DNA of 32,000 nt. Source: Ferroglobus placidus DSM 10642. GTDB taxonomy: Archaea > Halobacteriota > Archaeoglobi > Archaeoglobales > Archaeoglobaceae. Location of the stretch: contig NC_013849.1 of NCBI RefSeq assembly GCF_000025505.1, positions 510,001 to 542,000 on the forward strand. Reading direction: 5' to 3'. A program made the translations under genes and the position numbers. The notes under the pieces are model-generated. The model made no database searches and was not told the origin of the DNA. It was given only the letters and a program-made list of their open reading frames with translations. This document shows, piece by piece, positions 17,958 to 27,384 of the stretch; the first letter of the stretch is position 1, and each line of letters opens with the position of its first letter.

Positions 17958-19341
17958 ACCATCTCGTTCCTTTTTTTGTATCCACGAGGTAAATTCCTTT
18001 TTCTCTGAATTTTTCTCGTATTTTATCAGCTTTGTCGAAATCTCTCTCCTTTCTCGCAAGTTCTCTCTCTTTTATCAACCTTACGTCCTCTTCACCCAGC
18101 ACCGGCACTCTCGTGTACTTTTCAAATATTCCGAAAACGTATCCCATGGTTTTCAGCTCTTCAAACGCTTTTTCTAGAGCTTCTAAACTTGCTTCGAAAA
18201 GGTTCTTGTTGATCTCAGCTGCGAAGTTGTGCATCACAGCTATAGCTTTTGGAGTGTTCATGTCGTTTTCCAAGGCATTTACGAACTCGTTCATGTAACT
18301 CTTTACACTTCCTTCTCTTCTCTCCCCGAAAGTCTTTAAGTAAGCTATCTCCATGTCCAAGTTTCTGAGGGTGTTTAAAAGGTACTCGTAGCTCTTCTTA
18401 GCCCTCTCAAGAGCTTTCTCGCTGTAGTCGAGGGGAGATCTGTAGTGGGCTAAAAGAAGGAAAAATCTGAGAACCTCTCCACCGTATTTGTTCACCGCAT
18501 CTCTTATTCTAACGATGTTCCCCAAGCTTTTGCTCATCTTTTCTCCGTTTATCGTTACGAAGTTGTTGTGCACCCAGTATCTTACCGGCTCGACTCCGAA
18601 CAACGCGTAGCTTTGAGCCCTCTCGTTTTCGTGGTGTGGGAAGATCAAATCCATTCCTCCACCGTGGATGTCGAAGGGAACTCCGAGCAGCTCCGAAGAC
18701 ATCACGCTGCACTCTATATGCCATCCCGGTCTTCCCTTTCCCCAAGGGGAATCGTAAACAGATTTTGCTTTAAAGTCTTCCTCCTTTGCGGATTTCCACA
18801 AAGCGAAATCCTTCACGTCTTTCTTTCTCTCGTCTGGCTCAATTCTGTGACGGTTCAGCTCTTCCACGGAATAACCAGAAAGCTCGCCGTACTTTTCGAA
18901 GCGGGGAACGTGGAAGTAAACGTCTTTGCCATATTTACTTTCAACCTCGTAGGCGTATCCTTTTTCGATAAGAGCCTTCACGAACTCGATAATCTTCGGA
19001 ATGTAATCTGTAACCTTGGGATGCAATCCTTTTTTATAGTTCAGTGCTTCGGCATCTTTCCAGAATTCGGAAATGAAAAATTCAGCAACCTCTTTAGCCG
19101 TTTTTCCGAGCTCTATAGCCCTTCTTATTATTTTGTCGTCGACGTCGGTAAAGTTCTGCACGAAAATGACTTTGTGTCCTTTAAACTCGAGAAATCTTCT
19201 TAAAGTGTCGAAGAAAACGATGTTTCTTCCGTGCCCTATGTGGGAGTAATCGTAAGCAGTGATTCCGCAAACGTACATTCTCACAGTTTTATCGAGCTTT
19301 AATTCGACGATTTTTTTGCTCATGGTGTCGTAAATCTTCAT
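17938..19341 (-). CDS. cysS: Cysteinyl-tRNA synthetase
   Basis: CGITAYDYSHIGHGRNIVFFD, GWHIECSVMSSELLG, GGGMDLIFPHHENERAQS, KMSKSLGN. Confidence 0.96.
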   Translation of the reverse strand: MKIYDTMSKKIVELKLDKTVRMYVCGITAYDYSHIGHGRNIVFFDTLRRFLEFKGHKVIFVQNFTDVDDKIIRRAIELGKTAKEVAEFFISEFWKDAEALNYKKGLHPKVTDYIPKIIEFVKALIEKGYAYEVESKYGKDVYFHVPRFEKYGELSGYSVEELNRHRIEPDERKKDVKDFALWKSAKEEDFKAKSVYDSPWGKGRPGWHIECSVMSSELLGVPFDIHGGGMDLIFPHHENERAQSYALFGVEPVRYWVHNNFVTINGEKMSKSLGNIVRIRDAVNKYGGEVLRFFLLLAHYRSPLDYSEKALERAKKSYEYLLNTLRNLDMEIAYLKTFGERREGSVKSYMNEFVNALENDMNTPKAIAVMHNFAAEINKNLFEASLEALEKAFEELKTMGYVFGIFEKYTRVPVLGEEDVRLIKERELARKERDFDKADKIREKFREKGIYLVDTKKGTRWFISSFS

Positions 19342-19394
19342 AAAGCAATTGAGATCACTAAATTTTTTAACTCTTTTCGAAAGAGAATGGATAA

Positions 19395-19976
19395 GTGCTA
19401 AGGATCGATAGAGAGAAGATCAAAATCTACGCTTCTATGACAGATCTCGTTACGATATCGAGAAGGTACTTTGTAATAGGCTTCTTCGATGGCGTTCTTA
19501 CAGTTATGGGAATGCTCATCGGAGCTTTTCTCAGCAATATCCCAAGCGAAGCCGTAATCTCTGCTGGAATAGCCACGAGTTTGGCTCTCGGAATTTCAAG
19601 TGGATGGGGGGCTTTTGAAGCCGAGAGAGTTGAGCAGAAAGTGGCGGCGATGGAGAAAAGAAAGTCTCTTTTAAAATTCGAAGACGATTACTGTTTGATC
19701 GACGAAGCCCACAGCTTTGCCATGAAAATAAGTGCGATAGTCCATGCGATAGCTCCAATTCCCGCTGGAATAATTCCTCTCATTCCCTACGTTTTTCTTC
19801 CGGCAAGAGAAGCCTTTCCGTATGCAGTGCTTATCGGACTCCTTCTGCTTTTCATCGTCGGAGTTATGCTCGGAAGAATATCGAAGGAGAACGTGATAAA
19901 ATCCGGATTGAGGCTGGTTCTCGCTGGAATTTTAACACTCGTCTTCGTCTCGATATTAAATCCCGTGCACCTTTGA
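19395..19976 (+). CDS. VIT1/CCC1-like integral membrane protein
   Basis: RRYFVIGFFDGVLTVMGMLIGAFLSNI...GISSGWGAFEAERVEQK resembles the VIT1/CCC1 family; multiple hydrophobic helices. Confidence 0.65.
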   Translation: MLRIDREKIKIYASMTDLVTISRRYFVIGFFDGVLTVMGMLIGAFLSNIPSEAVISAGIATSLALGISSGWGAFEAERVEQKVAAMEKRKSLLKFEDDYCLIDEAHSFAMKISAIVHAIAPIPAGIIPLIPYVFLPAREAFPYAVLIGLLLLFIVGVMLGRISKENVIKSGLRLVLAGILTLVFVSILNPVHL

Positions 19977-19994
19977 AAAACGTTTAAGGATATT

Positions 19995-20999
19995 CTATTC
20001 GGTTGAGAATTCGTGAAGTCTTCTCTGATTTACAAACGCCGAAATCCTTTTCACCGAATACCCCATCCTCTTTATCTCCGCAAGAGTGTATCCGCTTTCC
20101 AGTAACTTGGCGATCTTTTTCCCAACTCCGGGGATTTCTATCGCTTTAAGTTCTTTTTTCTTCAACGCTAAAACGAGCTTTGGGTCTTCTTTCGGTAAAA
20201 ATCCGTTTGTAAAGGTTTCTTTAAGCTCTTTGAAAGAATATCCGTAGAGTCTCAGAAGAGCGTCGGCTCTGTATAAGTTCACGACTCTCCTTTTTTCCTC
20301 CGCTTTTAAGTTCTCCATGGGCGTCCCTTTAACTGGAGTGAAACCCGAGTAGTAAACTCTCTTCACCCCCACTCTGTAAAGCTTTTCAGCGACTTTCAAA
20401 ATCTGCTCGTCGCTCTCTCCGATTCCCACGATCATCTGGGTTGAGAAACTCCTTCCTCTCTTTTTCGCCTCTTTCAACCCCCACCTCAGCCTTCTGAGAA
20501 CGTCTTCTTTCGTTTTAACGCTGCAAATTTCGTTGAAAATGCTCTTTGACGGAGTTTCTACGTTCACGCTGATTCTGTTTGCAATCTCAGCGGCTCTCTT
20601 AACTTGGTCTCTGCTTGCTCCCGGAACTATTTTCAGGTGGAGGTAACTCGGATTCTCTTTTCTAATCATTTCGCCAGCCTCTAAAATCTCCTCCATCGAC
20701 TTTTCAGGATCGCTTATGGCGTTGCTTATGAACGCTCCGCTAACGAACCCTTTCTCCTTTAAAAACTTGAAAGCTTTGTAAATTTCCTGAGGTGAGGCTT
20801 TAACTCCTTTATTCCAAGCGTTTCCGCAATATCTACAGTCGAAGGAGCAGGAGGAAGTTATGAGAGTTTTAAACAGATTTACTTTTTTACTCCCGGCTTT
20901 AGAGACGTAAATAAGCTTAAAAGGATCGAAGGCGCACTTTTCATGGCAAATGTCAAACTTGCTGAGGCTTACGAGTTTTCTTATCTTTTCGAGCTCCAC
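19995..20999 (-). CDS. Radical SAM protein of the putative DNA modification/repair type, with a C-terminal helix-hairpin-helix
   Basis: SSCSFDCRYCGN (CX3CX2C), LHLKIVPGASRDQVKRAAEIANRISVNVETPS, C-terminal IPGVGKKIAKLLESGYTLAEIK. Confidence 0.8.
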   Translation of the reverse strand: MELEKIRKLVSLSKFDICHEKCAFDPFKLIYVSKAGSKKVNLFKTLITSSCSFDCRYCGNAWNKGVKASPQEIYKAFKFLKEKGFVSGAFISNAISDPEKSMEEILEAGEMIRKENPSYLHLKIVPGASRDQVKRAAEIANRISVNVETPSKSIFNEICSVKTKEDVLRRLRWGLKEAKKRGRSFSTQMIVGIGESDEQILKVAEKLYRVGVKRVYYSGFTPVKGTPMENLKAEEKRRVVNLYRADALLRLYGYSFKELKETFTNGFLPKEDPKLVLALKKKELKAIEIPGVGKKIAKLLESGYTLAEIKRMGYSVKRISAFVNQRRLHEFSTE

Positions 21000-21024
21000 A
21001 GATTACTGTCGAACCGCCAAAATA

Positions 21025-21642
21025 TTACTCTTTCCTTCCGCTTACTATCGTGACGAGCTTGCTCCAGAAAAAGTACGGACCGGTTTCGACAACTCTCAAA
21101 TCGTTAAGCCCGGCTTTTTCAAACCACAAAACGAGCTGCTGAGTTGAAGGAAATAGCATTATGGATTCGGCAAACTTCCTAACTATCGGATTGTCCGGCT
21201 TCCTCGGAGCGAGAATAACGACTCTCCCACCCGGCTTCGTTACCCTCGCCATCTCCTTTATTCCCTTTACCGGATTCGGCCAGTACTCTATGCTTCCAGC
21301 AGAAATCGAAGCGTCGAAAGAGTTGTCCTTGAAGGGGAGGTTTTCAGCATCTCCCCTCACAAAAAACGTTTTCTTGAACCTTTCCACAGCTTTTCTCATC
21401 TGCTCGGGAGTTATGTCCACCGCTACGACGTTCTCCTCTCCAACTCTTGCAACGATCTCTTCAGTCGTGAATCCGGTTCCGCATCCAACTTCGAGAACGA
21501 GATCTCCTTGCCCTATCTCAGCTAAATCAACGACTTTTTTTCTCATCTCAAGGGAGTAAAAAATCGGATTTACGTAATCGTAAATTTTGGAAAAATACTT
21601 GTAAAAAAATCTGGCTCTTCTCTTATCTTCAAGAACCCCCAC
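21025..21642 (-). CDS. Class I SAM-dependent methyltransferase
   Basis: Motif [17 protein letters not shown]; [11 protein letters not shown]; [19 protein letters not shown]. Confidence 0.87.
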   Translation of the reverse strand: MGVLEDKRRARFFYKYFSKIYDYVNPIFYSLEMRKKVVDLAEIGQGDLVLEVGCGTGFTTEEIVARVGEENVVAVDITPEQMRKAVERFKKTFFVRGDAENLPFKDNSFDASISAGSIEYWPNPVKGIKEMARVTKPGGRVVILAPRKPDNPIVRKFAESIMLFPSTQQLVLWFEKAGLNDLRVVETGPYFFWSKLVTIVSGRKE

Positions 21643-22033
21643 TCTGCTGCTCCTCCTTCTTAAAGAACTCTTCGAGAGGAATCTTTCCTTTCTTGACGAC
21701 CTTCATGTTTATCTGTACGATGTCTCTTGTGATCATCCTTCCTCTCACCATCTTTCTTTTTCTTACTCCTTTCTCCTTTGGTCTGTATCCGACTCCACCG
21801 GAGAGAAGAATTCTTTTCCTAACTCCTCCCGGCAGGTCTGGGCGCATTGGAAAACCGTCTTTGTCAGTTCCTCCGGTGATTTGAAGCTCGTAATCCGGAG
21901 GAAGCTCTACGAGCGTTCCGTTTATTACGTCGCCTATCTCTTTTCCAATGAGTTTGTTTGCGTTCGCTCCGCTTATTACTTTCTGATAAGCCCTTCCAGT
22001 TTCTGGATCCGAGATAACAACCTTAAACTCCAT
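21629..22033 (-). CDS. rps6e: Ribosomal protein eS6
   Basis: [56 protein letters not shown]; classic S6e signature. Confidence 0.96.
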   Translation of the reverse strand: MEFKVVISDPETGRAYQKVISGANANKLIGKEIGDVINGTLVELPPDYELQITGGTDKDGFPMRPDLPGGVRKRILLSGGVGYRPKEKGVRKRKMVRGRMITRDIVQINMKVVKKGKIPLEEFFKKEEQQSGGS

Positions 22034-22039
22034 ACAACA

Positions 22040-23806
22040 TCACCTCCCCCAAAACGGATTTTCCTTCCGCTTTATCTGCAAAAACTCCATAAAAGCCTTT
22101 TTAGCCTCTTCAGATAGCGAATCGAGAAGGTCTCTTTCTATTATTTTAGCGTGCTTTTCCGGAATATCGACGTAGAGAATTTCGTTTCCGTCGAGATGCC
22201 TTCCTATTGTTACTCCGTCTATCGCTATAGCCACTTCGTCACCTTCCGTCGCTACGGGAATATTCTCCCCAGCTTTTTGGATGCTCCTCACGCTTCCAGC
22301 CGGAGTTCCGTCGGGCTTTATGAGTTTAACGTCCCTTCTTAATTCTCCAGCGAGAACCTTGACTCCAACTATAGCCGGTTTACTCCTCCTGAATATGAAA
22401 TCTTTCAGAAGCTGGATCTTGCAGGGTTTGATTAGGCTTTCTATCTTTTGCTTCTCCCTCAGCCTTTTCTGCTCTTCTCTCCAGCTCGTCACGTTGTCGA
22501 GGAGGGAGTAAATTATGTTGTCGAGGAAAATTCTTACTCCGTACCTTGCAGCCTCCTCCTCGACTCCGGGCAGAACTTTCACGTTGAACCCTATCACCAG
22601 TCTGTTTATCTCGTCTCTGTTTGCCGCAGCCTCTACGACATCTCTTTTGTCGATGTCTCCAACTTCAGCCTTCTTTATAGGAATTCCAGCTTCTTTCAAC
22701 TCGTTGACTAAAGCCTCTAAACTCCCGAGAGTGTCCGTTTTTAGAACGACACCTTCTTCGTCAGTTTTTATCGTAACTTCCTCTATCTCTTTCCTAATCC
22801 TCTCTTCGAACTTCTTTACGTCTTCCTCACTCTCAACTACTTCAAATTCGCTGCCGGCGACAACGTTCTCAATTCCCGGAGCCACTATCTTCACTCCAGC
22901 CGCAGCAGTTACTTCTTTTACGCTTTTAAACTTGCTTTCCACTCTTATCTCCTGGGCTGGTCTTGGCTTGAGAATTCCCCTCACGTGAGTAACTACAACT
23001 CCGTTCACTCCACCAATTGCGATTTTGTCTCCAACTCTAAGCGTTCCGTCGTAGATAATCACGTCCATCGTCATTCCAAGCCCTTTCTCCTCTTTAACCT
23101 CAAGCACAGTCCCTTTTGCCTTTCCTTCAACGTGGAGTCTGAGGTTCTTCTCCAGATACCTCTGAGCCAAACCTACGAGGACGAGCAAAAGCTCGGGGAT
23201 TCCTTCGCCAGTTAAAGCGGAAACTGGAACTATCGCTACGGTCCTCGTGAAATCCCTTATTCTGTCGAACCTGTCGGCAGAGAATCCGTACTTGTAGAGC
23301 TCACCGATCAAATCGTAAATTTTGTTTTCAAGTCTTTGTTTGACAACATCATCCTGCTGCTGAAAGCTTTTCAAAAAAGGCTGGTTCTCGAAGCTCTGCC
23401 AGCCGGGAATCTTATCTATTTTGTTTGCTGCAACAACGAAAGGTGTTTTGAAAGTTCTTAGGATCATCAAAGCTTCTTCAGTTTGAGGTTTAAAGCCTTC
23501 GTTAACGTCAACTACGAGAATTGCCAAATCAGCTAAAGCTCCACCCCTCTTTCTCAAATTCGTGAAGGCTTTGTGTCCGGGGGTGTCGATAAAAAGAAGA
23601 CCGGGAATTGTTATGTTTTTCGGCCAGAGGTCTTTGCATATCTCTTTTATAAGCTCTATCGGAACTTCCGTAGCTCCGATATGCTGAGTTATCCCTCCGG
23701 CTTCCTTAGCTATTACTCTCGTGTTTCTAATCTTGTCTAAAAGCGTAGTTTTACCGTGATCTACATGTCCGAGAACCGCAACTATGGGAGTTCTAAGCTT
23801 CTTCAT
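22040..23806 (-). CDS. infB: Archaeal translation initiation factor aIF5B (IF-2)
   Basis: [53 protein letters not shown]; ends with domain IV. Confidence 0.96.
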   Translation of the reverse strand: MKKLRTPIVAVLGHVDHGKTTLLDKIRNTRVIAKEAGGITQHIGATEVPIELIKEICKDLWPKNITIPGLLFIDTPGHKAFTNLRKRGGALADLAILVVDVNEGFKPQTEEALMILRTFKTPFVVAANKIDKIPGWQSFENQPFLKSFQQQDDVVKQRLENKIYDLIGELYKYGFSADRFDRIRDFTRTVAIVPVSALTGEGIPELLLVLVGLAQRYLEKNLRLHVEGKAKGTVLEVKEEKGLGMTMDVIIYDGTLRVGDKIAIGGVNGVVVTHVRGILKPRPAQEIRVESKFKSVKEVTAAAGVKIVAPGIENVVAGSEFEVVESEEDVKKFEERIRKEIEEVTIKTDEEGVVLKTDTLGSLEALVNELKEAGIPIKKAEVGDIDKRDVVEAAANRDEINRLVIGFNVKVLPGVEEEAARYGVRIFLDNIIYSLLDNVTSWREEQKRLREKQKIESLIKPCKIQLLKDFIFRRSKPAIVGVKVLAGELRRDVKLIKPDGTPAGSVRSIQKAGENIPVATEGDEVAIAIDGVTIGRHLDGNEILYVDIPEKHAKIIERDLLDSLSEEAKKAFMEFLQIKRKENPFWGR

Positions 23807-24248
23807 ATATCCACTTTTCGTCCGCTCTCTCGTAGCTGAGAATTTCCTCCTCGTTGAAAAAGAGTGAGATTTCTCTTTCAGCAGATTCGAGCGAATCTGA
23901 TGCGTGAACGATATTTCTTCCTATGTCCATTGCAAAGTCTCCTCTTATCGTTCCGGGAGAGGCTTCAATTGGGTTCGTTTTTCCTACGAGGTTTCTCATA
24001 ACCTTTACAGCTTCTTTCCCTTCCACAACCATCGCAACAACCGGACCGGAAGTTATGTACGAAATGAGACTCTGGAAGAACGGCTTCTCTTTGTGTTCGG
24101 CGTAATGCTTTTCTGCAAGCTCCTTTGAGACTTCCATCATTTTCATTGCAACGATCTTCAGACCCTTCTGTTCGATTCTCTTTATCACTTCTCCAATAAG
24201 CCCTCTCTTAACTCCATCTGGCTTTACCATCACGAACGTCCTTTCCAT
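23793..24248 (-). CDS. ndk: Nucleoside diphosphate kinase
   Basis: [19 protein letters not shown]; active site [16 protein letters not shown]. Confidence 0.97.
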   Translation of the reverse strand: MERTFVMVKPDGVKRGLIGEVIKRIEQKGLKIVAMKMMEVSKELAEKHYAEHKEKPFFQSLISYITSGPVVAMVVEGKEAVKVMRNLVGKTNPIEASPGTIRGDFAMDIGRNIVHASDSLESAEREISLFFNEEEILSYERADEKWIYEEA

Positions 24249-24252
24249 TCTT

Positions 24253-24441
24253 TCACTTCCTCGCGTAATACTTCGTCCACTTTAACTTCCTTGGATTTCT
24301 TTTCAACTCAAGCATGTTTTTCTCGCACTTCCTTGAACAGAAGTAGAGTATTCTTCCGTCTCTTCTCACGACCATTTTTCCTGTTCCAAGCTCTATGTCG
24401 TAACCGCAGAATGAGCAGACTCTTTTTTCCATTTCTTTCAC
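24253..24441 (-). CDS. rpl24e: Ribosomal protein eL24
   Basis: [48 protein letters not shown]. Confidence 0.95.
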   Translation of the reverse strand: MKEMEKRVCSFCGYDIELGTGKMVVRRDGRILYFCSRKCEKNMLELKRNPRKLKWTKYYARK

Positions 24442-24662
24442 CTCACTGTGAGTTTCTTGGCTTCTCTTGCCGTCTCTTTAATCATCAATATGTCTCCCAC
24501 TCTCACCGGTCCAAAAACGTTCCTTGTTATTATCCTTCCCTTGTTCTCTCCCGCGAGAATCCTGACCTTTACCTGAGTAGCTTCACCGTGCATTCCGGTT
24601 CTGCCAATAATCTCTATTACCTCGGCTGGAGCGATGTCCTCCTCCATACTTTCACCCAGCAA
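24438..24662 (-). CDS. rps28e: Ribosomal protein eS28
   Basis: [61 protein letters not shown]; ATGA overlap with rpl24e. Confidence 0.95.
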   Translation of the reverse strand: MLGESMEEDIAPAEVIEIIGRTGMHGEATQVKVRILAGENKGRIITRNVFGPVRVGDILMIKETAREAKKLTVR

Positions 24663-24678
24663 AAAAGGGTATAAAAAT

Positions 24679-25050
24679 TTACTTCTTCAAAGCGTTAATC
24701 TTCTTAATCAATTCTTCGAGTTCCTTCTTCGCTTCTCCTTCGTTAATTATCGCTGCTGAAGCTGCCGCAACGTCGATTCCAGCCGCTTTTCCAAGATCCT
24801 CTTTGGACTTCACGTAAACATAGGGTATGTTCTTTTCTTCGCAGAGCAAAGGCAAATGAGCAACGATCTCCGGAGGATCTACGTCCATAGCTATGTAAAC
24901 GAGCTTCGCCAAACCCCTTTCTACGGCTTTCGTCGTCTCGTTCGTTCCCTTCTTTATTTTTCCCGTCTCTCTCGCCTTTTCAAGCAAAGCAAGGGCTTCC
25001 TGCTGCAATTCCTCAGGAACCTCAAATCTCACGTACACGCTCATACTCAT
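24679..25050 (-). CDS. rpl7ae: Ribosomal protein eL8/L7Ae (kink-turn binding)
   Basis: [69 protein letters not shown]. Confidence 0.96.
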   Translation of the reverse strand: MSMSVYVRFEVPEELQQEALALLEKARETGKIKKGTNETTKAVERGLAKLVYIAMDVDPPEIVAHLPLLCEEKNIPYVYVKSKEDLGKAAGIDVAAASAAIINEGEAKKELEELIKKINALKK

Positions 25051-25104
25051 CCCTCCTTCACACTTCTGTCATCGTTCATCGGCTGAGAAGAGACGAAAGA
25101 TGAT

Positions 25105-26073
25105 TCAGCTTAAATACCTTTCCCTCACGGCTTTGTTAAAAGCAACTTCTCCTATCGATTTGAGGTTTCTGGAGACATCGATGAGAGAATAAATCGCAAT
25201 TCTATAATTTGCGTCACCTTTTTCGAGCTCTTTGAGCAGAATTTCTTCTATTTCGTTGGCTTGGGAAATGGAATCTTCAGCCATGTCTATGTCACCGGAA
25301 ATGTATGCCTTCATAACTTTCGAAAAAGTACTGTTCAGATCTTCCAAGAACATGAGGAGGTTTCCTTTAAATTCTTCAGATATTTCCGGAAGCTTCTCGG
25401 AGAAATCGTGCAAGTCATCTGCTATCTCCTCCAAAAATTTTGCAACAAGCCTCATCCCAAGAATGTGCCTCAGCTCGTTCCACCTTGATGGTGAGGAAAT
25501 GTCTTTCATTATCCTGTTCTCAAGCCTTATAGCGAGAAGATAAAGCCTGTCAGTATCGTTTTCCAAATTTTTAACGTCTTTCAATCCCTCCATATCTCCT
25601 AACGTCATGCAATCCACTATTCCGTCGAAAATTCCCTCTATTATCTGAGCCATTCTGTTCAAAACTCCGTTGACGTCTAACTCCGAAGAAGTCAGACTCC
25701 TCAAAACGACTCTTCCATTTGAAGCGTCTATTACCTCCATCCCTATTATCGAGTGAACTATGCTGCTGATCTTGGCTATAACTCTCGGAGTTAGCCCTTT
25801 ATCCTCTATCTCGACTTCATCGAGTCCTTGAATGAATAAAGCGTAAACGAACCTTTCGAGAAACTTCTCGTCGTATCTCGGGATGTTCGTTATCTTAGCC
25901 TTCACAATTCTGTAATCTTCGCTAATTTTCTTGGGAACTATTTTTACTATATCATCTTCGATTAGAAGGAGAAGCTCGTCCCCTTGCTTAAGCTTGTTGC
26001 TTCTTACCCAGTCTTTAGGTAGGCTTACCATGTAGCTTGAGCCGCCGATGAGCTGGAGCTTTCTAACCTCCAC
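25105..26073 (-). CDS. PhoU-domain protein with an N-terminal SpoVT/AbrB-like domain
   Basis: MEVRKLQLIGGSSYMVSLPKDWVRSNKLKQGDELLLLIEDD swapped-hairpin domain, followed by two PhoU-like helical repeats. Confidence 0.85.
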   Translation of the reverse strand: MEVRKLQLIGGSSYMVSLPKDWVRSNKLKQGDELLLLIEDDIVKIVPKKISEDYRIVKAKITNIPRYDEKFLERFVYALFIQGLDEVEIEDKGLTPRVIAKISSIVHSIIGMEVIDASNGRVVLRSLTSSELDVNGVLNRMAQIIEGIFDGIVDCMTLGDMEGLKDVKNLENDTDRLYLLAIRLENRIMKDISSPSRWNELRHILGMRLVAKFLEEIADDLHDFSEKLPEISEEFKGNLLMFLEDLNSTFSKVMKAYISGDIDMAEDSISQANEIEEILLKELEKGDANYRIAIYSLIDVSRNLKSIGEVAFNKAVRERYLS

Positions 26074-26126
26074 GAATATGTATTAGAATCGTTAAAATTT
26101 AAATACTTTTTTCTTTCTACATACCT

Positions 26127-26396
26127 CTACGAAGAGTAAGTCGAATCCTCATCGAGGTTGTATATCATATCCTGAAGCATTTTCGTCGCAAGTCCGGCGA
26201 GAACTTTATCGTCGTTTACGAGCTCCTTAATCATCATGAGCGAAGCAGCTTCCTTCAATTCGAAACTTTTGAGGTTCTCAAGCTGATTTAACAACTTCAC
26301 GAATAACCTATATATTTCAGCCAATCTCTCGTCGTCTTCTTCAAATTCGTCCTCCTCGACTTCGTATATTTCTATGTACTCTTCGAACTCGTCCAT
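26127..26396 (-). CDS. Small acidic conserved-type hypothetical protein (about 89 aa)
   Basis: ORF MDEFEEYIEIYEVEEDEFEEDDERLAEIYRLFVKLLNQLENLKSFELKEAASLMMIKELVNDDKVLAGLATKMLQDMIYNLDEDSTYSS. ATG at 26396 preferred over the upstream start. Confidence 0.6.
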   Translation of the reverse strand: MDEFEEYIEIYEVEEDEFEEDDERLAEIYRLFVKLLNQLENLKSFELKEAASLMMIKELVNDDKVLAGLATKMLQDMIYNLDEDSTYSS

Positions 26397-26429
26397 TGCT
26401 AAATGGTTACGCAGCAATTATTTAAAAAT

Positions 26430-26813
26430 TTATTGGGATTCAACCTCGAAAACTAAAACTTCGTCTCCATCTTTAACTTCTTTTAAAACCGTTGGATCGT
26501 CCAGTATTTTCCCAATTACGTTTACAGCACTTGCAGGTCTTATCTTATCGTCGCTTATTGGCGTTTTTCCGAAAAATAAGCATATCGCTTTTCCGGGAAT
26601 CCAGTAAGCTACATCCCCAACCTCAACAACCTCCTTGGAATTCTCCTCGACCGATACGTTTACGTTTGTATGGAAGTAAACTTCGTCTCCCCATCTGTTG
26701 GCTGTGCTTTTTATCGGTAATGCCTTCTTTATCGCCTCAATCGTTTTCGGAGCAAGAGATTCGTCTAACTCAGCGGTAACTTCGACTTTACCGACTTTTA
26801 TCTTTACTTTCAT
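26430..26813 (-). CDS. Cyclophilin-like domain (DUF369-like) protein
   Basis: [47 protein letters not shown]...[37 protein letters not shown]; ATG at 26813 preferred over the track start 26903. Confidence 0.72.
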   Translation of the reverse strand: MKVKIKVGKVEVTAELDESLAPKTIEAIKKALPIKSTANRWGDEVYFHTNVNVSVEENSKEVVEVGDVAYWIPGKAICLFFGKTPISDDKIRPASAVNVIGKILDDPTVLKEVKDGDEVLVFEVESQ

Positions 26814-27217
26814 GAGATACCAATGCATCCTTATGTTAAAATAATTTTGACCCAGTTGCTCTAAACGACCTGATCGGTAGGTTTCGAAGCCGACGATGTT
26901 CAAACCCCGCGAAGTATATCTTAAAGATCACGAGATTGATACTCAAAAATTGTGGACAAGTTCCCAATTCCACCTTGAGTTTTGCCATAGAATGACGTCA
27001 GCCAACGACGGGAATCTTCACGACGATCTCATCGTAGGGAACCGTGAGTTTTTTCCTCCTCTTTTTATCGTCTCTTTCTGGAAAGATTCATTTCCTATCA
27101 TCTGCAGCCTTCTTGACTCAAATTAAAGTCTTTCGTATTTCTCAACAAAGTTGGCTTTCTTTCTTCGTTCGAGAATACGTGATTTTGGCAGAATCAGGCT
27201 TAAAATCTGATTTTGAA

Positions 27218-27292
27218 TGGGCCCGGAGGGATTTGAACCCTCGACCGCCCGGTTATGAGCCGGGCGCTCTGACCTGGCTAAGCTACGGGCCC
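27218..27292 (-). tRNA. tRNA with CAU anticodon (elongator Met or Ile2), CCA not encoded
   Basis: GGGCCCG TA GCTT...AGAGC G CCCGG CTCATAA CCGGG CGGTC GAGGG TTCAAAT CCCTC CGGGCCC A. The anticodon alone cannot separate Met-e from lysidine/agmatidine-type Ile2. Confidence 0.93.
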
Positions 27293-27384
27293 TCAAATCA
27301 CTAAATCTTTACTTCCTCTAATTGTTTATAAGGCTTATCGTTGTGACGGAAACTTTATTTTAAACACCGATCTTAACTTTTACG

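Noticed and set aside
22515-22988. 157-aa plus-strand ORF within aIF5B
   Set aside because: Antisense; Ser/Thr-rich low-complexity translation from the codon bias of a clear aIF5B gene.
26896-27126. 76-aa plus-strand [20 protein letters not shown]...
   Set aside because: No recognisable motif and no good Shine-Dalgarno; kept only as part of the intergenic-gap finding.
27190-27217. Possible hairpin terminator AATCAG GCTTAAAAT CTGATT just 3' of the tRNA(CAU)
   Set aside because: Only a 6-bp AT-rich stem; too weak to list as a terminator without 3'-end data.
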